Positions 25,090-38,540 of a stretch of DNA of 64,000 nucleotides are shown in pieces. The stretch is from Lama guanicoe (Eukaryota): positions 5,093,366 through 5,157,365 of the forward strand of contig MU056050.1 of the NCBI GenBank assembly GCA_013239625.1, written 5' to 3'. Within the stretch, counting starts at the first letter, position 1, and every line of letters begins with the position of its first letter. The translations under genes were made by a program, and so were the position numbers. Below the pieces are notes generated by a model, which was not told where the DNA came from, searched no databases, and saw nothing but the letters and a program-made list of their open reading frames with translations.

Positions 25090-27050
25090 TACTCCATTTT
25101 AATTGAAATATAATTGCCATATAAAAATTGCATATGTTTAAGGTGTACAACTTGATACTTTAATATACATCTATATATAAACACATTGAGAAGTAGTGAC
25201 CAAAATCAAGCTAATTAACATATTCATCACTTCACACAGTTACCATTTTCTTTGTGTGTGTGTATGTATGTATGTGTTTTATAAGAACACTTGTGATACA
25301 TATATACGTATATTTTGTTTATCCATTCATTCACTGACATTTAGGTTGTTTCGAATTGTGAACAATGCTGAAATGAACATGAAAGTCCAGATATCTCTTC
25401 AAGATACTGATTTCATTTCTTTTGAATATATACCCAGAAGTGGAGTTGATGTAATATGGTAGTTCTAGTTTTAGTTTTTTGAGGAACCTCCATATTGTCT
25501 CCCATAACAGCTGCACAATTTACATTCTTACCAACAGTGTACAAGGGTACCCTTTTCTACTCCTCCTAACCAACACTTTTTTATCTTTTTCTTTCTGATA
25601 ATAGCCATCCGAATGGGTATGACGTGACATCTCATTGTGGTTTTGGTTTGCATTTTCTTAATGATCAGTGATGATGCTCAGCTTTTTATATACACGTTGG
25701 CCATTTGTATGCCTTCTTTTGAGTAATGTCTGTATAGGTCTTCCACTCATTTTTTTTTTCATCAGGCTACTTAGGCATTTTTACTGTTGAGTTGTCTGAG
25801 TTCCTTACATATTTTGGATATTAACCTCTTATCAGATATATGGTTTGGAAATATTTTCTCTCATTCTATCAGTTGTCTCATCACTGTTAATTTTCTTGCT
25901 GTGCACAAGCTTTTTAGTTTTATGCAATTCTATTTATTTCAAAAAGTCATTGCCCAGACCAACATAAAGAAGCTTTTTCTCTGTTTTCTTCTAGAAGCTT
26001 TAAGACTTCAGGTCTTACATTTAAGTCTGTAATCCATTTTGAGTTGATTTTTGTAGATAGTGTGAGACAAGAATCCTATCTACTTTTTCCGCATGTGGAT
26101 ATCCAGTTTTCCTAAGACCATTTATTGAAGAGACTGTCCTTTCCCCAGTGTGTGTTCCTCACACCCTTGTCAAATATCAGTTGACCATAGATTTATTTCT
26201 GGGCTCTCTATTCTGTTCCATTGGTCTATAATGTCTGTCTTTATGTCAGTACCATACTCTTTTGGTTACTGTGGCTATGTAATATATTTTGAAACCAGGA
26301 AATGTAATACCTCCAGCTTTGTTCTTCTTGTTCAAGATTCATTTGGCTATCCAAGGTCTTTTGTGGTTTCATCTGTATTTTAAGATTTTTTTTTTCTGTT
26401 TCTGTAAAGAGTGCTATTACAACTTTAGTAAGAAATGGCACTGAATCCATAGATCACTTTGGGTAGTATGAACATTTTGGCAATATTAAGTCTTCCAGTT
26501 TGTAAACATGGGGTGCCTTTCCATTTATCTGTCTCTACTTTAATTTCTTTCATCAGTGTTTCATAATTTTCATTGCACAAGTCATTCATCTCTTTGGTTA
26601 AGTTTGCTGCTAAGTATTTATTCCTTTTGTTGCTCTTGTGAGTGAAATTTGTTTTTTTAATTGCCTTTCCAGAAAGTTAATTGTTTTTATATAGGTACAT
26701 AACTGATTTTTGTATGTTGATTTGCATCCTGAGACTTTGCTAAATTTATTAGTTCTAACAGTTATTTTGCTGTTGTTGAGTCTTTAAGGTTTTCTGCATA
26801 TATGATCATGTCATCTGCAAACAGATACAGTTTTACTTCTTCCTTTCCAATTTGAATGCACTTTTGTTTCTTTTTCTTGTATAATTGCTCTGGCTAGAAC
26901 TTCCAGTACTATGTTGAAAAGAAGTGGAGAGTATGAGCATCTTGTCTTGCTCCTGATCTTAACAGGGAAATCTTTCAGTTTTTCCTCATTGTTTATAATG
27001 TTAGTTTCTTTTCATACATGGCCTTTAAGGTGTTGAGGTAATTTTCGTTA
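25090..27050 (-). mobile_element. 5'-truncated L1 (3'UTR to RT region)
   Basis: ORF pieces 'IWRFLKKLKLELPY'. atatgatcatgtcatctgcaaacag is antisense 'LFADDMII'. Confidence 0.9.
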
Positions 27051-27226
27051 TATTTGATGTATGCTTGAATTAAGATCATCCTTTATGTTCGTCACATAAG
27101 ATGTACATATGTAAATCTCTGCCTTTCTTTCATAGTAAGTGATCAATACATTTTATCTCAGTATTATTATCACTTTTTACAATTGTATGAGAAATATATA
27201 ATTCCATGTTTCCTTCTTTTGCATTA

Positions 27227-27650
27227 CAGACATACCTCGTTTAATTGTGCTTCACGTTACTGTGTTTTGCAGATACTGTGTTTTTTTTACAAATTGAAAG
27301 TTTGTAGCAACCCTGTGTTGAGCAAGTCCATTGGTGCCACTTTTCAAACAGCATTTACTCACATCATGTCTCTGTATCACAGTTTGATAATTTTCACAAT
27401 GTTTTAAACCCTCCACCAGCTAAAAAGATTATGACTTGCTGAAGGCTCAGATGATACCATTTTTTAGCAATGAGGATTTTTAGATTAAGGTATGCACATT
27501 GGTTTTTCAGACATAATGCTATTGCACACTTAATAGGTTGCAGTATAGTAGAAACATAACTTTTATATGCACTGGAAAACAAAAAAAAAGTATGACTGGC
27601 TTCATTGCAGTGAACTGGAACTCAACCTGCAATATCCTGAGGTATGCCTG
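27227..27650 (+). mobile_element. Tigger1-derived internally deleted TcMar DNA transposon
   Basis: Terminal inverted repeats cagacatacctc and gaggtatgcctg, flanked by TA on both sides (27225-27226, 27651-27652). Confidence 0.9.
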
Positions 27651-28089
27651 TATATTCCAGATTCAGAGCTTAATCATCATTTTAATTGAATTTGTAAGCT
27701 CTTTCCCAGTATCTAGTGTATTGTTCATTTAATTATTTTATTTTATAGGCTTAAAAAGTGTTACTTTAGATGTGTTATGACATTATATGTAATTTCAAAT
27801 ACTGTCAAAAGTATGCAAGTATAAATTATAGACAACAGAAATGAAATGTCTAACATGTTATACTTGCTATTTCAGAAAATAATTTTCTGAACTTCAACCC
27901 CTGCCTTTATGCTCATAATTTTCAAAAGTAAGATTTTCTGACTCCAAAGACAAGTAGATCATTATAGCAGGTGTAAATTGAGCTTTTTTTAAAATGGAGT
28001 AACATCAAGTATTTTATACTTAAAAAAGTAGCCATTGCAGCACAACTGGTTATTCTTGTCTGTTCAGTTGTCTTCATAGAACATTTAAC

Positions 28090-29750
28090 TTTATAATACA
28101 CATATTCATTATTTATTTAATATGTCTCTTGTCCATCTCTCATAACCATATTTAAGTTTTACAAGGGCCAGTATCTTTTTCTTTAAAATTATTCACTGAT
28201 GTATATCAAGTGCTTGGAATAGTACCTGCCACACCATAGAAGATCAATACATTTTGGTTGAATGAGTGAATGAACTATCCCTTAATCTTGTATCCTACCT
28301 CTAGTTATCAATCTCTTCCCAATCCCTTCTCATCATTCTTTTTCTTTTCTCAATTTGTACGCACGACTTAAACCATGACATTTATGATTCTGGCCTAACT
28401 ATTCTATTAGGAAAAAATGTACCTAGCATTTCCATGACCTCCTCAATACTAGACACAACAGGCACACTTCAACCATCTTATTCTAGTTTAGGCTATGTAA
28501 CTTGCCACTACTTTTTATTTCCATTGTAGTATATTCTGCTTTTTATTTCCTCTTCTCTCTGATTTTTCCTTCTCTTACTTCTTCCTGGGCTCTTCCTCTT
28601 GCATGGGCCTCATTAATACTGACGTTTATCTCTAGAGATCCACTACTGACCCACTGCTCTTTTAAATCTGCCTGCTTTCCAAAAATAATCTAATTCATGA
28701 TCATAGTATCAATTATCATGTCTAACTCATGGAATCTGTAGTTATAAAACAGATCTCTACCCCAAGTTTCAGAGTCATATATCTAACTGCCTGCTGAACG
28801 ACTCCTCCTGGGAAAGCCAGTGTTATCTTAGAGTCTACAACACAAATGCTAAACTCAACAACTGAAACTGGTGTTTATCCTGCCTTCTCTACTGAATGGT
28901 ACCACCAGTCATTTGGACACCCAAGCTAGAAATATGGAAATGATCCTTGACTTCATCTCCTTCTCAGTCAATCAGCAAATCTTACCAATTTACCATATCA
29001 TTTTTTCCTTTAATGTGACTAATCACTGTTCCTGTCAATATCACCCTGGTTAAGCTCCCCATCATTTGTTACCTAGGTGATTTGTTGGCTATGAAATTTG
29101 AGGAAACAAGAAGTATAAAATGGCATGTAGATTTTTACGTGCTTATCTTAGGTGACCTAGTTGACTGGGAAGTTGGTGGTATTATAATAGAACTTAATAC
29201 GTTCTTCCAGTCCCCAAGACTGCCGTCTGTCAAACCAGTCCTTCACTATATTCCAAAACAAGATTTTGGAGTTGTCAACATAGAGATGGCAGTTGAAACC
29301 GTCAAATTAGATGAAATCACTCAGGAAAAGAATAGGGAAAAAGGGAAAGCAGGGAAAGAGTATATTTGTTAGCAAGAGGTGGTATACGTGTTAGTGAGAG
29401 GTGATGAGAGATGGGATGAAGAGATAAGTAGAGACCAGATTATTAAGGGCCTTGTAAGGTATTCTGAAGAGTTTGAAATATACCATAAATTCAATGCAGG
29501 GAGCACTGAAAGGTTTAATTCAGATAAATGAATGCCATATTAGTTTTTTTAAGCAGATTACATTGATTGCAGTCAATGGATTATTGACTATAAAGAATGG
29601 AATGATGCTTGGGGAAAAGCAAGACCAGAGATGGGAAAAGCAGTTAACTACAGTAATCTTGGTGAAAGACGATGGCAGTATGAACCAAGCCAGCAGAAAA
29701 AGATGCCAAGTCCATCATTGTGAGGGATGTATATTGCTTAAGGAGGAGTT
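28090..29750. mobile_element. Cluster of degenerate L2 fragments in both orientations
   Basis: L2 3' terminus ttggttgaatgagtgaatgaa at ~28255-28275, pyrimidine-rich L2 body at 28400-29075, purine-rich antisense pieces after it. Confidence 0.6.
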
Positions 29751-30111
29751 CCTTGTGGAATAACATGGGAGTGAGCTGCCAAGATTCAGGTTCAGATTAC
29801 ATAGGATCATTAATTAAAAGAGTATGGAAGTTCACCAAACCCTAGAATAAAATGCTGTTTAAGGAGAAGTACTTAAAATCAGTGATGTGGAATAAGTCTT
29901 CAAATGAAAAGAGTGCTGAGATAAAAACAAAGTGCACTTCAGAGTTTCAAGTATCAGATGAATGAGGGAGCAAATTAGAAAGCACACTGAAAGGTTTGGA
30001 GGATGTTGGTGTTTGGGGTTATTAGAGAATTTATTGAGGGACTTACATCAGGGAAGGGGTGAAAAATCTTAAAGGAAGAGACTTTTAAAGAGTAACTTGA
30101 AAAATTAGTTG

Positions 30112-30629
30112 TGTGAATGAAAAATGTTGCCTGCCACATCAGTAAGCAAAGGATGTTACAGCCATCAAGCCACTGTAGCCGCTCAGGACAGTGAGCCCTG
30201 AGGGAACTCAGGATACAGATAATCAGACTGCCCACTGCCAAGCCCTCAGCCAGTGCAGCCACCCCCAGCGGTGCATCCTGAGGGGACTCAGGATGGGAAA
30301 GAACAGGATGCTGGCCCTAGATAGATAGGTGCATATCAAAGGAATGATTTCAATTAGCCCAGACTCCTGTATCTTCCCATACACAGAAAAGCACTAAATT
30401 CCTTAACTTGAGATATCTGGTTTTCTTTAATTAACAGTTATCTTTTGATGTCCCGATTACTTGATCTTTGTTGCAAAAACTCATATATATCCTGGCTCCT
30501 CCCTTACCTCTTGGGAGCAGTCCCTTAGAGCAGTCTGAAAGGCTATCTCCCAGGCTTAAAGTCCTCAGAAAATCCACCAAATAAGATATAATTCTCAACT
30601 TTTAGGTTGTACTTTTTTTTCAGTTGACA
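30112..30629 (+). mobile_element. ERV1-class solo LTR (cetartiodactyl MER41-like family)
   Basis: TG...CA termini, TSD gttg/attg (3/4), 3' end ataattctcaacttttaggttgtacttttttttcagttgaca, and a TATA-like tatatat at 30484. Confidence 0.75.
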
Positions 30630-31282
30630 ATTGAAATTAGAGGGGAAAAAATGTGGGAACAGTATTCCAGCTTGATGGAGCAACATTGCAAAGACCTTGA
30701 AGTGGGAAAGATTGTGGTATTTTCCAGAAATTAAAGGAAGACCAGTATCTTGATTTCAGAAACCTGGAGAGAATGATACAAGATAAAATTGAAAAGTTGA
30801 GCAGAAACCAGGACATGTAAGCCTTACTGATAATTCTTTAAAAAAATTTTCCTTAAGTAATGGAAACTTATGAGTGACTCAATCAGATTTACATTTAAAG
30901 ATATCACCCTGGCTGAACTCAGAGAATGAATTGTAGTGGGGCAAAGAAAGAAGCCAGAATGTTTGTCATAGTGCATTACAGTGGTGAAAAGGAGAGATGA
31001 TGTTGTCTTAGGGAAGGATTGTGGCAGTGTACATGGAGAAAAAGGGTCAAAAATTCAAATATACATATTTGAAAACATACCCAAGATGGGTGTTTGGGCC
31101 ATATGGAATAAAATCATTATGGTTCAGGAATATAATAGATGTACAGATTAGAGCTATCTGAGAAGAAGCCTCAGAATAAGACAAGAGGAAGATTAATTTT
31201 GTTTTTTTAAATTTTATCAGCTGAATTTTGAGACATGCAGTTATTGAGGTGTCTGTAATGTATTTAAACAGAAATATCTACA

Positions 31283-31351
31283 AATTAACAGTTATCTTTT
31301 GATGTCCCGATTACTTGATCTTTGTTGCAAAAACTCATATATATCCTGGCT
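31283..31351 (+). repeat. Exact 69-bp direct copy of 30429-30497
   Basis: Base-by-base comparison gives 69/69 identity. Confidence 0.97.
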
Positions 31352-32199
31352 TCAAAACAAAGATACTTCCAGTGTTGTTGTGGTTATTAGCAACTAAAGT
31401 ATAAATTATTAAATTATTTAAAAATCATACATTATATATCTCACAACTTGACAGGAAAGCAGTGTAGTCTTTGAACACTTGAAAAAAGTATAAGCAGTTC
31501 TCCTACAGTTGCCTTTATGTAATCAATATTCTCAGGAGGTAAACAAACATAAAGCTTAGGTCACCATCATTTGCCAGCACAATAAGGAGCAATGCCTCCC
31601 ATGTTTTCTAGGACACAAGTTATATATTTTGTTTATCAGTACCCCTGTGTGGATCTAAAATGAAGGTATTCATGTCACAGACTAAAATGGTTCTGCAAAT
31701 GAGACTTAAAGTTGTGCTAGAAGAAACACACAGTATTTGTATACTCATATCAGAAGAAGTAATCTAGGCCAATTGTAGTAGACAATTTATAGTAGTGTTT
31801 TCCCCATGCCCAAAGGGACTCTCATATTATCTTCATGAATATCATTTGACCCATTCCTTTAGACCCCTGAAATTATATGGGTGGAAAAGTCTTTGTAAGA
31901 ATGCAAGTGGAAGGGAGACTGTAGTAAATTATTTGTACCATTAGATCCTTTAGCTCAGGTTAGCTCATAGAATTAGCTACTTGAAAGTGAGCAGCCTTAA
32001 GTGGAGTGTTGGTTTTACAGTACTGCCAGTAGGAGATGAATGTTCTCTCTCTAACGGAAAAGTTTATATCTTTAACTGGATACTCGTGGCATATTTCAGG
32101 TCACTGTACTAAAATTTTATCCTCTGTATAATGTTAAATTAATAAGCACAACACATTATCTTCTCTGAGTTTGTAGTAACATCTAAAAGAAGGGAGGGG

Positions 32200-34020
32200 G
32201 TATGACGTTCTAGATAGTGGACTGAGCGTACATTTTTACCTGTTCATTCTCTGCAAACTACCAAACATGGTAAAAGAAGAACCTTAAACAGTGAAGAGAA
32301 TGGGAAAGGGGTCATCATGGAAGGTGAAAGTCATTTGATAGAAAATAAAAAGACAAGTGGCAGTCTAAATGTCTGAATACACAAGAGGGACTATAGAGGA
32401 TGAGAAAATCTAGACTCAGAGTTGGCAGGGGTGAGAAAGAGAACACACTCCCCATGGGGAGGACTTAATTACTAGTCTGCCTCTAGTAAATCCCCCCTTT
32501 TTTTATACTCAGAACCCAGTCATCTGAGCATATTAGCCTTAGGTAAAAGTAAAAGGACTCCTCTCAAAAAATTTAAACCAATGACTCGAGAATTTAATCT
32601 GTTGGTGAATGTGCGTGCTTATTGGCTCACAAAAGTCTTCCCATTCTAGGATTTGAGAGAATCCTAGCCTGAAGGCTGGCATCATACTTACTTTAAAATG
32701 AAACCTGTTAGTGAAAAGGCTGGCCCACATACACAGATTTCCAAGTCAGACTGCGTAAACACAGGGAAACCTAACAGGAAAATGATCCGTATAGAAACAG
32801 AGCTACCTGGAAAAAATAGACTACCTACCTATTCTCAAATGTAAAAAATCCCCCAGGTGTGAATAAAATCAACAGCACAAAAGGCAAAGACTAAACAAAC
32901 ACATGTTTTAAACCAAGGGAAAATTTTATTAAAAACACATCATTTAAGAAGCAAGAAATTGAACTAACAAATAAGCATAACTATAGAGCCCTTTAATTTG
33001 CTTTTTTAGAGGGACCTGTAAAGCAATTTCATTCATTACAAATCAGTAAAAGAGGAAAAAAATCATAGTATAAACAAATTGGAAAATATCATAAAATATA
33101 ATTTCCAAAATTAGAAATTACATTGAAGTTTGGAAGCTACAGCTGAAGAAATATCCCAGGAGAGAGGGGGAAAAAAGAAACAGAGAAGAAAGTCAGTAGA
33201 CTAAATAAAGTTATTGAAACAAGAAAAAGAAGTTAAAGTGTGTAATTTAAAGATACAATAGTAATCAATAACTGTACTTTTCAGGTATACCTCAATAAAG
33301 CTAGGAGTTTTTAAGAGTAACCAGTAGTTTAAGTGGAAGGGTGATAATGACAATGACATAGAATCTTGCCTTTCAATAAAGAAAGTTGATGGATAATGTA
33401 TTAAAATAAGAAATCAATGAGCAATATAAGCATATTATTTCAAAGTAAGTCTGAAAAACTTTAAAAAAGGTAATGGTTAGAAATGGTTACCTCGGAATAC
33501 TACTCAGTAATAAAAAATAATGAACTACTGATACATGAAGCAACATGAGTGAACTTTAATACATTTGAAAAGCAAGACACAAAAGAATATTATGTACTGC
33601 CTACTGTACATTTCCTGTTAATTTCTCGAAAAGACAAATTAATAGCGATAGAAAAAGAGCACTTGTTGATAGTGAGAGCCAGGGGTTGAGGAAAGAAAAC
33701 TGAATACAAAGGGGCAGGAAGGAATTTGTGGAAATTATAGACATAATTTGTATCACAGTTGTACTGGTGGTTACACAACTGTTAGATTTGTCAAGAGTCG
33801 TCAAATTGCCAACCTAAGAGGGACAGAATGTAGTGAATGCACTTTATAACACAAGAAAGCTGGTGAAAAATTAAGAAATAAAACTGGTTACCCCTGGGAA
33901 GTAGAACGGGAAATATGGAGCAGTGGAGAATGGAACGGTTGCAATTTATTAAATGATATTGTATATGATTTAATATATTAACCACGTATAAAACTTCAAT
34001 AAAAATTAAAATGAGCAAGC
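32200..34020 (+). mobile_element. Old L1 (L1ME/L1MB-like) fragments
   Basis: ggaatactactcagtaataaaaaataatgaactactgatacatg 3'UTR motif at ~33494, A-rich ORF1-like relics upstream. Confidence 0.6.
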
Positions 34021-34196
34021 AAACAGAAACAGAAGACAGTGAGTAAAATATATGTGGATAGAAAGGATATGTGTATAAATACCACCTGAAAAGATTGTGC
34101 TTACTCTGTTACACTTTTTTATTCAGAATATCTTTTTAAGTTTAGTTGTGGGTAAAGGACTTAATTTATTTTACTAAATATTTCAAAACAATTCTT

Positions 34197-34464
34197 TTTT
34201 TATTTAATTTTTTATTGACATGTACTTGATTTACAATGTTAGTTTCAGGTGTACAAGAAAGCGATTCAGTCATACATATACATACTTTTTTTTTCATATT
34301 CTTTTCCATTATATGTTATTACAAGAAATTGAATATCGTTCCCCGTGCTATATAGTAGGTCCTTGTTGTATATCTATTTTATATATAGTAATATGATTAT
34401 GTTCATCCCAAACTCCTAATTTATCCCTCCCCGGCTCTTTCCCCTTTGGTAACCATAGTTTGTG
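34197..34464 (-). mobile_element. 5'-truncated L1 3' end
   Basis: Poly(T) tail and exact 12-bp TSD aaaacaattctt (34185-34196 and 34465-34476). Confidence 0.92.
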
Positions 34465-34769
34465 AAAACAATTCTTAAACAGTCAAAGCAATACATGATT
34501 TTAATTTTGACAGCATTCGTATTATAAAATGGTATACTTTTTATTATAAACTATAATGCTTTATTTGATAAGATGACTCTGTTCTTTTGGTTGAGCTTTA
34601 GTCTCTGGTTTTGAAACCACCTGGTTGGCCATACATATAATAAAAACCTAGAATCTATGATGGTGGCACCATCAGAGGAGAAAGAAATAGAAAAATTTAA
34701 AATATACCTTTACTCTGAGAACAGGATTCTGTGTTATGACTTTTTTAGTTGTCTGTCTTTCCCGTAAAG

Positions 34770-35520
34770 TCAAGAACCATGTCTATCTTGCTCATCACCT
34801 TATCACTAGTATCCTAGCAGAATATATGGCACATAATCAGGATTTAATAAATATATGTGAACTTAATGAATCCATAAGGAAATATAATATAATTTATCCA
34901 CTCAGTATGAATTTATGGAGTGTTTACTATGTGTCAGGTATTACACTGGGAGAATTATGACAGAAAGTTATACAGAAATCGTGGTTCCTACCCCTAGGGA
35001 ACTCACAATCTCAGAAAGGCATCACACAGCAAATTATTTAATACTATGTGATAAATGTTGCAATTGAGACATTAACAATGACTTCAGAAGCTAAGAGGAA
35101 TATTTACAAGATTTGCCTGGGAGAACTGGGGAAAGCTTCAAAAGAAGCCATATTTACAGTGAAGATTTTAGTAAGTTAAGGCTGATACTAGAAAACTAAA
35201 GAAGTTCTATTCAGAGAGATAAACAGATGCATAGGCCAAGTCGTATGAAACAGCATGTTACATGTCAGAAAAAAACAAGTAGTTTTGTGCAGCAGGAGCA
35301 CATATAGAGAAAAAGAATGGGAATCCAGTGCTGGAAAGATTGACTGGGAGCAGTATGACCAGAAGAGCATTAAAGACTTCATCCTAGAGTCACTGATGAG
35401 CCAAAGGAGAATTGTACAGGGAAGTGTTATTCTGGCAGTGGTGTGAAGGAGAGAAAAGGAGCTGATAGTCTAGGGAAAGAAATAACAATAGGTGATTGTT
35501 ATTGTCCAAGCTGCAATCAT
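34770..35520. mobile_element. L2 fragments (tail-to-tail)
   Basis: L2 3'-end motifs at ~34780-34870 and antisense L2 from ~34900. Confidence 0.55.
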
Positions 35521-36549
35521 GCAGATACAAAGCAAGAGCCATTATAATAAATACTTTGGGTTATATAAAAGGAAAAATGTTGCCTGATATGGATAAACTT
35601 TTAAAGTAAGGATGATCTTGCATTCATGAGGCAGAATTCATTCTTCTTTCACATATTTGATATAAAAGTACTTGGCTTTTCTCTTAAACTATAGAGAAAA
35701 TATGCTGATGATTTGGTATATTTGTTTAGAATTAAATATTTGAATATTGTATAACAAAAATTACTCAATTTTGAAAAATATTTTGAATCATCATATTGTA
35801 AATTATATGCAGATAATTCAAAATTCTGCTTTAATTAACATGTGAATTCATAATGCTCATCTTAGAACTAGAGTGAAACTTGTATGCCTCCTGAAGTATA
35901 GCATTAACCTGAGCAATTGTTTTGATGTTACCTATATCCCAGGTTCCATGGCCTCCCGTCTGTTTTTACTTTACAAGAAAGTTGCGGGAGTGTTGGCAAC
36001 TATTTCTTTTCCACTCTTTGGCAAAAGAATAATTTCCTTAAACAAAGTGGAAGGGGTAAGAATGGTTTTAATGTGGCAAAGATTATTTAATTAAAACACA
36101 GAGTATAAAGTGTCAAGGTTCCATTGCTTCACTTCTTAAAATATAATCATTTCAAGTCTTCTTGCACCCTCAGTCACTATTTTTAGCTTTTTGAAAGCAA
36201 GAACCGTGTCAATTCATCTCTGTATCTCAGCACCTTTTCATTCCATGGGCTCTAAATAAATAAATCTCCAGGGAGTTTCAAGCAACAAGGAAATGATTAG
36301 TGTATAGCAATAATAATATTCTTGGCCAAACCTTTACATAGTCAAGTTCCCTTAAATTATTTTCAAAGAACTTAAACAAATACTATAATGTTAGGAATTT
36401 GTTTGTTACTGACTTCTCACTTATTACGAGCCCCCTTACAACTCCAGGTAATTCATATGGGTTGTCAAAAAAAGTGTGTATTGTTGAGACCATGTGTTCA
36501 TATGAAGATGTCATAGAAACATCTGTGTGACTGGATAAGCAATTGGCAC

Positions 36550-37800
36550 CCTTTTATTCATTTCACTGTTTCAATAGACACTTTTTGAACACTTTATATT
36601 TACCAGGGTTTAGGATTACAGAGATGGATAAGACACAGCCTCTCTCTTTGATGGTCTCAGATATGGTGGAGGATCCTGACATGTAAAAAGATTACAGTGC
36701 AAATAGTATGTGTTTTATAATATGTGTGATTAAAATGTGTTATGAGAGCTCAGAGGAAGGAGCAAGGATATTTCACTGAGAAAATCAGTTAAGGTTTAAA
36801 AAAATGACATTTTAAGTGGCTCCTGAGGGATAAAGTGTATTTAATAGGCATATGAAAGGATTAAGGACAACATTTCAGTTATTCAGAACGGGAAATTTTA
36901 AAAAGCTTAAAGATGTAAAAGAACATAGTGCATTTCAGGATTGGCAAATAGTCGAGTATGACAGTAATGTGACACGTGTGGATGATAGTTCTGATAGAGC
37001 AAGAAGGCTGGAAGAGGCCAACATGCCAATACTCTTAAGGTACCATACCAAAGTGCTTATTAGATTTTAGCATGTATGTAACGGGACACTGGAGGTTCCT
37101 TCAGGTGACTGATATTAATACACTTGTGTTTTAAAAGGCTATTTTAGATGACTTTATACAGGTGGACTGTTGAATATGAAACTGTAGGTAGGAAATTTTT
37201 ACAGTTGTCTAGGTGAAAAACTATGAAAGACAAAATTAGAAGGGTGTGGGAGGGAGTATATTAAATAGAGATTTGGGAAGACTTGTACTCTTAGAATTTA
37301 AAATAAAAGTGAAGTCTAAGTAGAATACAGGTGAGAATTGAAGGAATAAGCATTGAAGTAATGAGACCCGCTCTGAAGTCAATGAGGATCAGTAGAGAAC
37401 CTTGAAGAATAGCTTCAGTATGTAAGAAGGCAAAGGAGAAAAGACAAAAGGGTCCAGTAGAATGAAGAATATTGAGTCACAGTACTCATAGACATAGGAA
37501 TAGAGCTGGAATGAAATGGTTGTGTAGGAAGCCAAAAGAATAAAGACTTACCCCAAAATGCCAACAATGTCAAATATGAAAGATATGTCAAGTAAAATGA
37601 AGTCTGATAAAAGACTGTTGGGTTTCATAAGTAGAACGTCATTGACTGACTTCCTGGCAAGGATTTTAAAGAACTAAAGACCAAAACTAATTTGGAGTGA
37701 GGTGAAAAACAATTAGTAGGTTAAAAAGTTGAGGTGAGGTGAGAAGTCTACTTTCTTAAGAAGTTTGTGTAAGAAAGGAAATACATCATCAATAAGTTAA
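36550..37800 (-). mobile_element. Degenerate L2
   Basis: Starts ttattcatttcactgtttcaatagacactttttgaacac, followed by purine-rich antisense L2 body. Confidence 0.6.
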
Positions 37801-38049
37801 AGAGAAACACAGTTGAGGGGTTTCTTTTCCTCTTTTTCCTCCTCCTGCTTCTTATCCTCTTTCATCAGTTCATTCATTTTCTTCTTTCTATTAAAAAAAA
37901 AAACTTAAGCATAATTATAGACTGAAGAGTCGATACAATAGTAGGGGTAGTGAAGATAGTGGGAGTGGTGGGAAAACCCATAATTGATATTCCCAGATTA
38001 CAGGGAAAAAAAGTAGCGTAGAGATTGATAACATTAGGATTTAACACTG

Positions 38050-38290
38050 AGGACCCCAGGCTCTGGAAACTGGAAGTCCTGAGTTTATATTCTGGCTCTT
38101 CATTGAATATTTGTGTGAGTTGAGAAAGCTATTAAACCTTTTGAGTTTCAGTTTCTCCATCTGTAAAATGGGAACAATAATAATAACCACATCATAGGGC
38201 TATAATAAGAAAAAAATGACATAATGGAACAATAAACATGAAACATTGCCTGGTACACAGTAGATGATGATGATGATGATGATGATGATT
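38050..38290 (+). mobile_element. MIR ending in a (GAT)n microsatellite (38263-38288)
   Basis: ttcagtttctccatctgtaaaatgggaacaataataa...tgcctggtacacagtag then about nine GAT units. Confidence 0.85.
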
Positions 38291-38540
38291 GTTATTTACT
38301 GTCAGAGGTTTATCTTTGCAAAGGAGATAGGTTATCCATTTCTCTAAAATAAAATTAAAGGAGATAAGGATGATTAAAGTCATAGATAATTTTATAGGTA
38401 ACCAGGGACAATGTCAAAATTATTTTATTTCTGGAACAGTTCTGTGTGTACATGCACACATACCATAGGCACAATATGCACATTTTACTTGGGACTGAGT
38501 AGCTTGGAAGGCCCAATTAATAATCTTAGTCATCTTCTCT

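Noticed and set aside
38192..38383. Poly-His ORF
   Set aside because: It is the antisense translation of the (GAT)n microsatellite at a MIR tail.
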